Below the pieces are notes generated by a model. That model ran no database searches. It was given only the letters and a program-made list of their open reading frames with translations, and was not told where the DNA came from. This document shows, piece by piece, positions 37,821 to 47,289 of a DNA stretch of 62,114 bases. Origin of the DNA: Bacillota bacterium (GTDB lineage: Bacteria; Bacillota; Clostridia; Peptostreptococcales; Anaerovoracaceae); assembly GCA_963929955.1 (NCBI GenBank), contig CAWVKQ010000074.1, positions 1 to 62,114 of the forward strand. The letters run 5' to 3'. Both the position numbers and the translations under genes were made by a program. The first letter of the stretch is position 1; each line of letters begins with the position of its first letter.

Positions 37821-38855
37821 TCAGCATTTTATCACAATGTAGACTCCGTCATCAAGAGAGGAGTCGCTTTCATATGATATTTTTATACCCGGATATTTTT
37901 GGGAAAAGTACAGCCTGTTGCGCTTTCGGTTTCCGGTCATATTTGAAAAAGATCCGGGGCTGCTCCTGAATATGAATGAGCCTTCGGCTCCGGAGCCGAT
38001 AAGCTTCGTGAGCTGACTTTCCATGGACTCCTTTGCCAGCTCGCCCTCTACAAGCTGTCTGAAAGCAGGGTGAAACGTATCGCCCCTTATCTCTCCGCCT
38101 TCAGTTATAAGATCAGTGCTTTTCAGTCCGACCCTGATTATGTTTATGCCGGCGCTTTGGAGTATCCTGTACATTTCCTTTGTTACGGACACAGCCTCCT
38201 CTGTGGAAAGCGGCTTATAGCTCCCTTCTCTATACATGGAGTACAGGCGGGTGTCGCGGAGGACTATCGTGGGATACAGGCGGGCTATGGAAGGAGCTAC
38301 GGAGACTGTTTCCTTTGCGGAAAACACGCATTTTTCCATGGAATCTTGCGGAAGCCCTATCATAAGCTGTATGCCCAGCTCAAAGCCGTGTCCCTTTATG
38401 AGTTCACATGCTCTGTAGACATCCTCAACCGTATGGCCGCGGTTTGATGCTGCCAGCACTTCGGGATCAAAGGACTGTACGCCAAGCTCGATGACATCCG
38501 CGCCATACCGTCTCAGATTATCGAGTATATCTTCGTCGATGTAGTCGGGTCTTGTGGACATGTGTATCTTGTCTATTCGCCCCGCGTCCTTGTATTTTTT
38601 AGCCACAGCAAGGAACGCGGACTGCTCTTCCATTGGTATGCCTGTGAAGCTCCCTCCGAAAAAGGCTGCCTCAATGGTCTCAAGACCGCGGCCCTCAAGT
38701 GTTGCCAGATGAGTTTCTATTATATTTTCGGCATCTGCGGGCGTCACGTCAGACTGCCTTGCTGTTATGGCTTTCTGATTGCAGAAAACACAGTCGTTGG
38801 GGCAGCCTCTGTGGGGTATGAATATTGGTATTATTGCATGCTTTTTCTTTTTCAT
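37821..38855 (-). CDS. Elp3-like radical SAM protein
   Basis: IFIPHRGCPNDCVFCNQ, FFGGSFT, STRPD and IELGVQS motifs. Confidence 0.88.
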   Translation of the reverse strand: MKKKKHAIIPIFIPHRGCPNDCVFCNQKAITARQSDVTPADAENIIETHLATLEGRGLETIEAAFFGGSFTGIPMEEQSAFLAVAKKYKDAGRIDKIHMSTRPDYIDEDILDNLRRYGADVIELGVQSFDPEVLAASNRGHTVEDVYRACELIKGHGFELGIQLMIGLPQDSMEKCVFSAKETVSVAPSIARLYPTIVLRDTRLYSMYREGSYKPLSTEEAVSVTKEMYRILQSAGINIIRVGLKSTDLITEGGEIRGDTFHPAFRQLVEGELAKESMESQLTKLIGSGAEGSFIFRSSPGSFSNMTGNRKRNRLYFSQKYPGIKISYESDSSLDDGVYIVIKC

Positions 38856-38929
38856 AACATTATTGTACCACAAACACAGTGCTGTGTTATAATCTTATGG
38901 CAGGGAATCGACAAAATATGGAGAAGAAA

Positions 38930-40162
38930 ATGAAAAAACCAGGAAAATACAAGCTGATAGTTATAGCGGCTGCCGTAGCGGTGGCGGCATTGACAGCATC
39001 GATCATATATTACTATTCATCTCAGCATTCGCTTGCGCTGAAGGGCGATCCCGATGTGACGGTGGGGCTTTTCGGCGTATATGAGGATAAAGGGGTCATG
39101 GCTACGCTCGGAGGGAAGGATGCTTCGGACAAAGTGAAGACAGAGGGTTCTGTTGATACGTCAAAGCCCGGAAAATACGTGATAAAGTACAGCCTTGAGG
39201 GAATGAGCATAGAGCGCAGCGTGACGGTACTGGATAAAATGGATCCGGAACTGACGCTGAAGGGAGAGGAAAGTATGAGCCTCAAGCTCGGAGAGGAGTT
39301 TTCCGATCCCGGATGGGAGGCAAGGGACAGAGAGGGCAATGACATAACGGCTGATGTTGAGGTCTCGGATACGGATTTCAGAAAAGCCGGTACCCATTAC
39401 GTGACTTATACGGCAAAAGACAGTGATGGACGGGCCACCCGGATAAAGCGGAAGGTGGATGTGGAGCCAAATGTCGATCTGGATTTGCCAGGACTTCCCA
39501 TATGCATGTACCACTATGTGTATGATGAAGAGGATCCGCCTGAAGATCTCCATCGGAGATACGGGAATTACATATCAGCCCAGGATCTTGAGGAGGAGCT
39601 CAACTGGCTGAACGAGGAGGGGTACTATTATCCGGACTGGGAAGAGGTAAGAGACTATATAGACGGAAAGCTCATACTGCCGGATAAGAGCATAGTACTC
39701 TGCTTTGACGACGGAGCAATGAGCTTTCTCGAAAACGGCATACCTGTTCTCGAAAAGTGCAAAGTCCCCGCGACATGCTTCATGATCACGTCCTCTGACG
39801 GGGAAAACAAGGTGGCGAATTACAAGAGCGATTATGTCCGCTATGAATCCCACTCCCACAACATGCACAGGCCGGGAGGCAGCATAGGGCACGGCGGTAT
39901 ATTTACGGCAATATCAGAAGAAGAAGGTCTGGCTGACCTCAAGGAGTCCATAAGGATCTGCGGCAGCGGCCAGGCGTTCGCGTATCCATACGGGGATTAC
40001 AATGACAGGAGCAGGAAAATGGTTGAGAGCGCCGGATTTTTATGCGCTGTGACGACCCAGTACGGAAAGGCTCATCCGGGAGACGATCCGCTTCTTCTTC
40101 CAAGGGTGAGAATGGTAATGGGTCAGAGCCTTGAAAAGTTCATATCAGCGGTGGAGCCGTAA
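38930..40162 (+). CDS. Membrane-anchored polysaccharide deacetylase with Ig-like (DUF5011-type) repeats
   Basis: N-terminal TM; two L.LKG..G..A.D repeats; PICMYH, FDDG, SHSHNMH, AYPYG and LPRVR motifs. Confidence 0.82.
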   Translation: MKKPGKYKLIVIAAAVAVAALTASIIYYYSSQHSLALKGDPDVTVGLFGVYEDKGVMATLGGKDASDKVKTEGSVDTSKPGKYVIKYSLEGMSIERSVTVLDKMDPELTLKGEESMSLKLGEEFSDPGWEARDREGNDITADVEVSDTDFRKAGTHYVTYTAKDSDGRATRIKRKVDVEPNVDLDLPGLPICMYHYVYDEEDPPEDLHRRYGNYISAQDLEEELNWLNEEGYYYPDWEEVRDYIDGKLILPDKSIVLCFDDGAMSFLENGIPVLEKCKVPATCFMITSSDGENKVANYKSDYVRYESHSHNMHRPGGSIGHGGIFTAISEEEGLADLKESIRICGSGQAFAYPYGDYNDRSRKMVESAGFLCAVTTQYGKAHPGDDPLLLPRVRMVMGQSLEKFISAVEP

Positions 40163-40170
40163 CCGGGCTT

Positions 40171-40854
40171 TTACGTCCGGGAGATGATCCTGCCTGTAAG
40201 GATGCTGCCGATATCGGTCAGGGGAAAGCCGCTGAAAAAGACAGGACGGACGCCGCGTTCACAGATGAAGAGGCGCATGGCTTCAAAATCGGGATGTGAA
40301 CAGAGGTCTCCGTTAAAGACTATGCAAGGCTTGCCGTCAATGACAAGGCAGCCGCCGCAGCCGCCGATAAAACCGTTTTTGAATCCGGGCAGGAGCACAT
40401 GACCTTCCCGTATGAGAAGCACGGAGGCTCCGCAGGATCTGAGGGCTTTTGCCATACCGCGGTCTGCCGTTATAAATGATGTGTCATCAACGGGAAGGCA
40501 GGAACATCTGGCATACCCCTGTTTTACATTTACAAGATAAAGGCCTGCTCTGCGTGCGGTTTCAAGAAGCAGGCGGTCAGTATGTTTAAGGTTATGTATG
40601 AAGTATTCCCCGGTGCAGAGGGCATTGTATATGCAGTCGCCGGGATATGTATGCGAGAGGGAGTCTTTTTTGCCGTAAAATATTCGGCTGTCATCAAAAA
40701 GCCCCATCTGACACATGTATATATCGGGATGCTGCGCTATGGCATCGTGTACGACAGAACCGTCATTTTCCGTAAAGCGCAGTTCAAAGCCCTTTTCCTT
40801 TAAAAACTCCTTGAGAGGAGAGCAGGCGGCGGGGGATATATATATTCTGTTCAT
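40171..40854 (-). CDS. Conserved hypothetical protein (DUF6873-like)
   Basis: HPDIYMC, YPGD..YN, VKQGYARCS, GFIGGCGG and L.DIGSI motifs. Confidence 0.7.
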   Translation of the reverse strand: MNRIYISPAACSPLKEFLKEKGFELRFTENDGSVVHDAIAQHPDIYMCQMGLFDDSRIFYGKKDSLSHTYPGDCIYNALCTGEYFIHNLKHTDRLLLETARRAGLYLVNVKQGYARCSCLPVDDTSFITADRGMAKALRSCGASVLLIREGHVLLPGFKNGFIGGCGGCLVIDGKPCIVFNGDLCSHPDFEAMRLFICERGVRPVFFSGFPLTDIGSILTGRIISRT

Positions 40855-40964
40855 TGTAAAGCCTTTCTCACGGTGTTGATGCGTATGTATATATTATAAC
40901 GAACCTGACACGGCTTTTCAAAAATTTTACTTAACATAAGATAAAGAGGAGATGCGTATAGATC

Positions 40965-41636
40965 ATGGTTAATATTGGAAACAGCTGGGACGACGTCCTT
41001 AAAGGGGAATTCGAGAAAGATTATTATCTGAGACTGAGGGAATTTCTCAAAAGGGAATATTCGACAAGGGTGATATATCCGGATATGTACGACATATTCA
41101 ACGCCCTGAGGCTTACGCCCTATGAGGATGTGAAGGCGGTCATACTGGGACAGGATCCGTATCATCAGCCGGGACAGGCTCACGGCCTGTGCTTTTCGGT
41201 GAAGAAGGGAGTGCCGAAGCCCCCGTCTCTTGTCAACATATTCACTGAGCTTGAAGAAGATACGGGCATAAAGCCTCCTGATCACGGCAATCTTGAAGGG
41301 TGGGCGAAAAGCGGAGTTCTCCTTTTAAACACAGTCCTGACTGTAAGAAGGGGGAGCCCGAACTCTCACAGGGGAAAAGGATGGGAGATATTTACCGACA
41401 GAGTGATAAAGCTTCTGAGCGAAAGAGAAAAGCCGATGGTATTCATACTCTGGGGCGGCAACGCCAAATCAAAGGAAAGGCTCATAAATACAAGGCACTG
41501 CGTACTGAAGGGAGCCCATCCCAGCCCTCTTTCGGCCCACAATGGATTCTGGGGAGGGCGTTACTTTTCGCGGGCAAACGAATTTCTCGTCTCAACGGGA
41601 CAGGAGCCTGTGGATTGGGATCCGGAGCAGGAGTGA
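40965..41636 (+). CDS. ung: Uracil-DNA glycosylase
   Basis: ILGQDPYH, PPSLVNI, GVLLLN and HPSPLSA motifs. Confidence 0.97.
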   Translation: MVNIGNSWDDVLKGEFEKDYYLRLREFLKREYSTRVIYPDMYDIFNALRLTPYEDVKAVILGQDPYHQPGQAHGLCFSVKKGVPKPPSLVNIFTELEEDTGIKPPDHGNLEGWAKSGVLLLNTVLTVRRGSPNSHRGKGWEIFTDRVIKLLSEREKPMVFILWGGNAKSKERLINTRHCVLKGAHPSPLSAHNGFWGGRYFSRANEFLVSTGQEPVDWDPEQE

Positions 41637-41645
41637 AGAAAGGAT

Positions 41646-42185
41646 ATGAAGATGGAAAACAGGAAGGGAATAATAATATACAGGTCAAAATACGGTGCAA
41701 CTGAAAAGTATGCGGGCTGGATATCGGAGAAAACAGGCTTTGAAATGGTAAGGGCGGATGATTTTAACTGGGACAGCCTTGAGGGCTATGATGTCATAAT
41801 ATACGGCGGAGGTATATATGCCGCAGGAATAGCCGGAATAAAGGAACTGAAGAAACGGGCCGACAAGCTCAAGAAGAAAAGGATGGCAGTGTTTGCGGTA
41901 GGCGCATCACCTTATGATGATAAAGCGTTTTCCGATATGTACAGTCACAATTTCAAGGGAGTTCTTGAAGGTATAAAATGCTTCTATTTCAGAGGAGCAT
42001 GGGATGAAGAAAAAATGACTGTGCGAGACAGGACTCTATGCAGACTGCTGCAGAAATCATTGAGAAAAAAGCCGGAAAACGAGAGGGAACCATGGGAGGC
42101 AGCCTTAATGGAAGCTGCCGGCAAGAAAAAGGACTGGTCGGACAGATATGAAGCTATGGACCTTATAGAATACGTCAGATCCTAG
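41646..42185 (+). CDS. Flavodoxin-domain protein (HemG-like)
   Basis: IYRSKYGATEKYA, YGGGIYA and FYFRGA motifs. Confidence 0.82.
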   Translation: MKMENRKGIIIYRSKYGATEKYAGWISEKTGFEMVRADDFNWDSLEGYDVIIYGGGIYAAGIAGIKELKKRADKLKKKRMAVFAVGASPYDDKAFSDMYSHNFKGVLEGIKCFYFRGAWDEEKMTVRDRTLCRLLQKSLRKKPENEREPWEAALMEAAGKKKDWSDRYEAMDLIEYVRS

Positions 42186-42195
42186 CTGTCAGAAG

Positions 42196-42513
42196 CTACA
42201 ATATACAGATGAGCGACTCTGCGGCAAATACGGCGGCGCATGCTGCCGCGGCCACTGTTATGAGACTGCGGCCGCACCAGGCCGCAGCTATGGCGGCAAC
42301 GAGTCCCGCGCAGGCAGACAGAGGACTTTCCGTGGCATAAAGGATGGCAGGGAAAGTCATGGCCGAGAGTACAGCGTACGGTATGTAATAGAGAAAGGAG
42401 TTTATGAACCTGTTCTCTATTTTTTTGCGTATGAGCACAAACGGTATGACGCGTATCAGATATGTGACTCCCGCCATAACCGCCAGATACGGCAGAAAAA
42501 ATCCAAGCTCCAT
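42196..42513 (-). CDS. azlD: AzlD-family branched-chain amino acid exporter subunit
   Basis: VMAGVTYLIRVIPF...FLYYIPYAVL; start MELGFF overlaps the azlC stop. Confidence 0.85.
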   Translation of the reverse strand: MELGFFLPYLAVMAGVTYLIRVIPFVLIRKKIENRFINSFLYYIPYAVLSAMTFPAILYATESPLSACAGLVAAIAAAWCGRSLITVAAAACAAVFAAESLICIL

Positions 42514-43214
42514 CAGCTTTCCTCCTTTACGGGGAACAGCAGGGCCCCGGCTGCGGAGGCCGCTACAGCGCATATTATTATGGCGGTTCCCGATGATACT
42601 GAAGAGAAGGCCGGTATGTAAAAGAGACATGCGCTCAGTATGACCGATATGGCTACGACTGCCAGCACCTTTATCTCTTCTCTTGCCTTTGGGACAACGA
42701 CAGCTATGAACATGCCGTAAAGAGCCACGCCCAGAGCGCTGGTTATCATCTGCGGCATCACGTTCCCTATGACGGCTCCGCAGAGGGTGCCGGCCGACCA
42801 TCCGGCTATGGGCAGCAGTATAAGGCCTGAAAAGTATTCACGGCTGATATCGCCCTTCTGACCTGTGGCAACGGCAAAGAGCTCGTCCGTAATGGCAAAG
42901 CCCAGTATCCATCGCCATGGCCCGCGAAATCTGTGATCCGCCTTCTGTGAAAGGGATACGGCCATGAGCGCATACCTGGAATTTATAACAAGCTGCGTGA
43001 GAGCCATTTCGATATAGGTCCCGGCTGAAGCCAGTACTGTGAGTCCTGCGAACTGGCCTGCGGATGTCAGGTTCGTAAGAGATATGAGGACTGCTTCCAT
43101 ATACGAGCATCCTGCTTCCACTGCCATGAGGCCGAAGGCTATGGATACGGAAAAATAGCCGAGAGCCACCGGTATGCTGTCTTTTAATCCTCTTCTGAAA
43201 TCCATTGGCATCAT
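42513..43214 (-). CDS. azlC: AzlC-family permease
   Basis: PVALGY, SAGQFAG, INSRY and ITDE.FA motifs. Confidence 0.9.
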   Translation of the reverse strand: MMPMDFRRGLKDSIPVALGYFSVSIAFGLMAVEAGCSYMEAVLISLTNLTSAGQFAGLTVLASAGTYIEMALTQLVINSRYALMAVSLSQKADHRFRGPWRWILGFAITDELFAVATGQKGDISREYFSGLILLPIAGWSAGTLCGAVIGNVMPQMITSALGVALYGMFIAVVVPKAREEIKVLAVVAISVILSACLFYIPAFSSVSSGTAIIICAVAASAAGALLFPVKEES

Positions 43215-44377
43215 CCTTTCCGATGAAGTGAAGGCAGGGCCTCTACGGCAGGGGAAACATGATAAAAGTCCCTGAGCGCTATGTACTCATCATAGGCCTT
43301 TGCCGCAGATCTTATGTTTATGGCTTCAGGCAGAACTGCTTTTATCATTATGTTCTTTGACGTATGCTCAAGAGATGTGAATTCAGTCATGTCAACTCTG
43401 TATCCTGCTGATTCGAGTTTAAGTCCCCTCAGTGCATCGGTGAGAAGTTCAGTAAACTTGTCCTTTATGATGCCGTGCTTGAGCATGGGACGGTTCACGG
43501 GACTGTCTATCTGCGAAAAGAGCTCGTGCTGGCAGCATGGGACGGACAGTATGACGCGGCTCTTCCATTTTACGGCGTTTATGAGGGTGTAATCCGTCGC
43601 CGTGTCGCACGCGTGGAGAGTTACGACCATGTGAGCGCTGTCTGCTCTGTGATCAGCTATGTCGCCGCTTAGAAAACGAAGTCCGTCATAGCCGAGCTGT
43701 ACGGCAGTCATGTTGCAGAATTCTATTACATCTTTTTTAAGGTCAAGACCCGTTATCCTCACATCTCTGTTCATAATCTCGCGGAAATAATGATACATGG
43801 CAAATGTGAGATAGCTTTTGCCGCAGCCGAAATCTATTATATCTATGGTGCCTGAAGACGGCAGATATTCGAACGCGGAATCCGCGATCTCCAGGAAGCG
43901 GTTTATCTGTCTGAATTTTGCGTAGCGCTTTTTATATACGTTCCCATCAGGAGACATGACGCCCAGTTTTATGAGAAAGTCGCAGGGTTTGCCGTCTTCT
44001 ATGATATAGCTTTTTTTTCTGTCATGCTCAGGTCCGCGGAGCCTGTGGGAAGCCGGTCTGCGGATGATCCTGGGTTTTTGAGGGTCAGAGGCAAGTATCT
44101 GTATCTCCTGATTTTCGGTAAGGATGTTCACCTGCTTGAAATCGCACGTTACGGCTTCTGAGGCAAAATCCACGGCTTCATATGGAGATACGTTCCTGTG
44201 AGTCACCTTTTTATCGTAGTGGTATTCGGCCTGGAACATATATTCACCCTTTATTATCACGGGCCGCAGCGTGATTTTGCCATAGTCAATGGATTTTCGG
44301 CGTTTTGCGGAAAATATCATCTTAAACGGAAGATCCGGCCTGAGAACGCCGCAGAAAATTTGATTGATGGTTTCCAT
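43211..44377 (-). CDS. SAM-dependent methyltransferase
   Basis: KFRQINRF, DFGCGKSYL, LHACDTATD and PCCQHE motifs. Confidence 0.87.
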   Translation of the reverse strand: METINQIFCGVLRPDLPFKMIFSAKRRKSIDYGKITLRPVIIKGEYMFQAEYHYDKKVTHRNVSPYEAVDFASEAVTCDFKQVNILTENQEIQILASDPQKPRIIRRPASHRLRGPEHDRKKSYIIEDGKPCDFLIKLGVMSPDGNVYKKRYAKFRQINRFLEIADSAFEYLPSSGTIDIIDFGCGKSYLTFAMYHYFREIMNRDVRITGLDLKKDVIEFCNMTAVQLGYDGLRFLSGDIADHRADSAHMVVTLHACDTATDYTLINAVKWKSRVILSVPCCQHELFSQIDSPVNRPMLKHGIIKDKFTELLTDALRGLKLESAGYRVDMTEFTSLEHTSKNIMIKAVLPEAINIRSAAKAYDEYIALRDFYHVSPAVEALPSLHRKG

Positions 44378-44514
44378 TGCGAGAGCCTGCCTTTCATGAG
44401 TTCATAAATCATAAGCGGCGCAAGCGCGCCAATGACATATTACCATAATTTTCGCTGTCGAAGAAGTTTAAAGATAAAAGAAGGTATATAGAACAAAATG
44501 TATCAAATAGTATA

Positions 44515-44581
44515 TTGACAATATTCTGAAAATGATATAATATACTTTTTGTAATATATAATACAAAACGGCCTTTTGTAT
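44515..44581 (+). promoter_or_regulatory. Promoter of the enolase-like operon with CodY-like box and downstream palindrome
   Basis: TTGACA (44515)-17-TAATAT; AATATTCTGAAAATG (44520-44534); ATACAAAA-cggcc-TTTTGTAT (44561-44581). Confidence 0.65.
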
Positions 44582-44621
44582 CAAAGAACGGTTTTAAAAG
44601 AAAGGAGCGGAGAATATCTTC

Positions 44622-45902
44622 ATGAGGAGCACAGATATCAGAAAAGTAAAAGCGAGGGAGATCCTGGACTGCAAGGGGAAGCCGGCCATTGAGGTGGATG
44701 TCTATACAGAAGGAGGAGCCATGGGAAGAGCGGCTTCTCCGTCCGGTATATCGGCCGGAAGCAGGGAAGCGTTCGTACTGAGGGACTGCGATCCGGCCAG
44801 ATATGACGGCATGGGCGTACTAAGCGCTGTCGAGCTGGTGGAAAAGGAAATAGAGCCGGCTGTCGCAGGGATGGATGTTTTCGATCAGAAAGGAATAGAC
44901 AGGAAGCTTATACAGCTTGACGGAGCGGAAAACAAGTCGCGTCTCGGAGGGAATACACTTTACAGCGTATCGCTGGCATGCCTTAAGGCTGCTGCGGATA
45001 CTTTGAATATGCCGCTTTATCAGTATATAGCGGGAAAGAAGATCGAGACCATACCTATACCTACGTTCAACTGTATAGACGGAGGAAGCTACCAGAAGGG
45101 AACCATGCCTTTCCAGGAATGTACGGTGATCCCGTATAAGGCGGAAACCATAAGGGAAGCTGTGGAAATAGGATGGACTGTATTCAAAGAAGCAGGAAAG
45201 GTCATAGAGGAATTTCAGAACGGAAGCCCGGCAAAGGAAGGTACGGTTTCGGGATGGCAGCCGCCGAGCCCTGATCCGGAAGTATGCTTCGATATACTGT
45301 ACGAAGCGGCGAAGCGTTGTAAGGCTGAGGAAAAGATCGCTTTCGCGGCAGACTGCGCCAGCAGTGAATTTTATATAAAGGAAAGAGGTACATACGACTT
45401 CCTGGGCAGGGAGATGGATCTGGATGAGATGCTGGGGATGATAAAGGAGCTTACGGAGAAATATCCTTTTCTCTATGTGGAGGATGCCGTATGGGAGGAT
45501 GACTGGGAAGGCTGGATAAAGGCCAATAAGCTGCTGGACAGAACGTTGCTCATAGGTGATGATTTCACGGTGACGAACAGACAGACGCTTGAAAAGGCTC
45601 ATCGCCTGAACGCGTGCGGAGGTTTCATATTCAAGCCAAACCAGGTGGGAACCGTAACGGAGTGTCTCGAAGCGCACGAATACGCCAGGGAAAACGGAAT
45701 GCTGACCGTTCCTTCCATCAGGGCAGGGGGCACGGTGTGCGACGAAGTTATAGATATGGCCGTAGGCATCGGCGCAGCCGCCACGAAGCAGGGGCCGCCA
45801 AAAAACGGAGAAAGGATATACGGTATAAACTTCCTGCTGCGTGCGGAGGATGAGAATCCGGGAGCAAAGCCTTATGATTTTACTCCTTTTATAAAATTTT
45901 GA
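44622..45902 (+). CDS. Enolase-family paralog with altered active site
   Basis: REILD..G.P.IEVDV, PSG.S.G..EA, DCASSEF, EDA, GDD and KPNQVG retained; GGxH, GDEGG and SHRSGET motifs replaced. Confidence 0.85.
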   Translation: MRSTDIRKVKAREILDCKGKPAIEVDVYTEGGAMGRAASPSGISAGSREAFVLRDCDPARYDGMGVLSAVELVEKEIEPAVAGMDVFDQKGIDRKLIQLDGAENKSRLGGNTLYSVSLACLKAAADTLNMPLYQYIAGKKIETIPIPTFNCIDGGSYQKGTMPFQECTVIPYKAETIREAVEIGWTVFKEAGKVIEEFQNGSPAKEGTVSGWQPPSPDPEVCFDILYEAAKRCKAEEKIAFAADCASSEFYIKERGTYDFLGREMDLDEMLGMIKELTEKYPFLYVEDAVWEDDWEGWIKANKLLDRTLLIGDDFTVTNRQTLEKAHRLNACGGFIFKPNQVGTVTECLEAHEYARENGMLTVPSIRAGGTVCDEVIDMAVGIGAAATKQGPPKNGERIYGINFLLRAEDENPGAKPYDFTPFIKF

Positions 45903-45969
45903 TTTTTCGCGGTGTTTGATTTTTCGCGGTGATAAGGATCGACACGGATCCTGTGGGAGGCGGTTGAAA

Positions 45970-47271
45970 ATGTTCAGAAAGGAAGAAGAAAGGGAACTGA
46001 ATGAAAAGCTTGAGATGATGTTCGGTTGCGTTGAGCTGCCGAAGGTCGTAAAGGTAAGGCAGTTCTTTGACAGGCGGAGGCTTGATGATGTGAGAGGCGC
46101 TTTATGGGAAAGGCTCGAAATGTGCAGCCCCGACATAAGACGGGGAGACAGGGTGGCAATAACTGCAGGCAGCCGGGGCATAGACAGCTTCCTGCTGTTG
46201 CTCAGGACAACTGTCGATTTTGTAAGATCAAAAGGTGGCGAGCCCTTTATCGTTCCGGCCATGGGAAGTCATGGAGGCGCTACGGCCCGGGGACAGGAGG
46301 ATGTGCTCCGCGGCTACGGAATAACGGAGGATACAGTGGGAGCGCCCATAGTTTCGTCAATGGAAGTGAAGCAGATAGGCACTACGCCAAAGGGCCTTCC
46401 GGTATACATAGACAGAAACGCCTGTGAGGCGGACGGAATAATACTTTTGAATAGGGTAAAATACCATACATCTTTTCAGGGAAGGTACGAAAGCGGGCTG
46501 TTCAAGATGATGGCGATCGGTCTGGCAAAGCACAAGGGAGCCATGCTCACCCATCTTCTGAGCTACCACAATATGGCGGAAAATGTGGAGGTCATAGGAA
46601 ATATAGGCATAGAGAAGCTCAATATCCTTTGCGGCGTGGCATCTCTTGAGAACGGTTATAACGAAGTGGCGGATGTGTTTGTCATGTCAAAGGAGGAAAT
46701 AGCTGAAAAAGAGCCTGAGATACTGAAGCTCTCAAAGGAAATGATGCCGAGGATCTGCACAGACGAAATAGACGCTCTCGTGGTGCGGGAAATAGGAAAG
46801 GAGATCAGCGGTGCAGGGATGGATACCAATGTGATAGGCAGGTACAGCACATCAGCCATATCAGGCGGCCCTTCCGTCACGCGTCTCGGCATCCTGGATC
46901 TGACGGAAAAATCCCACGGGAATTCTTCGGGAATGGGATTCGCAGACTGTATGAGCAGGAGGATATACGACAAGATGTCCATAAAAGATGTGTATGTAAA
47001 CGGCCTGACGGATATAAGCACAATGGCATCAAGGGTGCCGGTCGTTCTTCCAACTGACAGGATGGTATGCCAGGTGCTGATAAAGGGCAGCGGTAAAGTT
47101 GATTTCAGGGATGTGAGGCTGGTGCTCATAAAAAACACCCTTGAGCTTGATGAGATATACATGTCGGAAGCTGCGGTAAGGGAAGCAGGCAAAGACAAAA
47201 GAATCGAGATATGCGGCGATTATTTTGATATTCCGTTTGATGAAAAAGGAGAGATGAAACTGTTTTGCTGA
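45970..47271 (+). CDS. LarA-like / DUF2088 domain protein
   Basis: VAITAGSRGI, PAMGSHGGAT..GQ, NRVK.HT.F and GKEISGAGMDTNVIGR motifs. Confidence 0.8.
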   Translation: MFRKEEERELNEKLEMMFGCVELPKVVKVRQFFDRRRLDDVRGALWERLEMCSPDIRRGDRVAITAGSRGIDSFLLLLRTTVDFVRSKGGEPFIVPAMGSHGGATARGQEDVLRGYGITEDTVGAPIVSSMEVKQIGTTPKGLPVYIDRNACEADGIILLNRVKYHTSFQGRYESGLFKMMAIGLAKHKGAMLTHLLSYHNMAENVEVIGNIGIEKLNILCGVASLENGYNEVADVFVMSKEEIAEKEPEILKLSKEMMPRICTDEIDALVVREIGKEISGAGMDTNVIGRYSTSAISGGPSVTRLGILDLTEKSHGNSSGMGFADCMSRRIYDKMSIKDVYVNGLTDISTMASRVPVVLPTDRMVCQVLIKGSGKVDFRDVRLVLIKNTLELDEIYMSEAAVREAGKDKRIEICGDYFDIPFDEKGEMKLFC

Positions 47272-47289
47272 TTATAAGGATGGGGATTT

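Noticed and set aside
35780-38855. Cys-rich peptide plus the nearby radical SAM protein as a ranthipeptide/sactipeptide system
   Set aside because: The radical SAM protein is a common Elp3-like enzyme on the opposite strand with no visible SPASM or RRE domain, and it is separated by the ACT and DUF711 genes.
44820-46262. Long antisense ORFs (also 53659-54975, 61265-62089, 27145-27987)
   Set aside because: They are shadow frames of well-supported genes and show no motifs.
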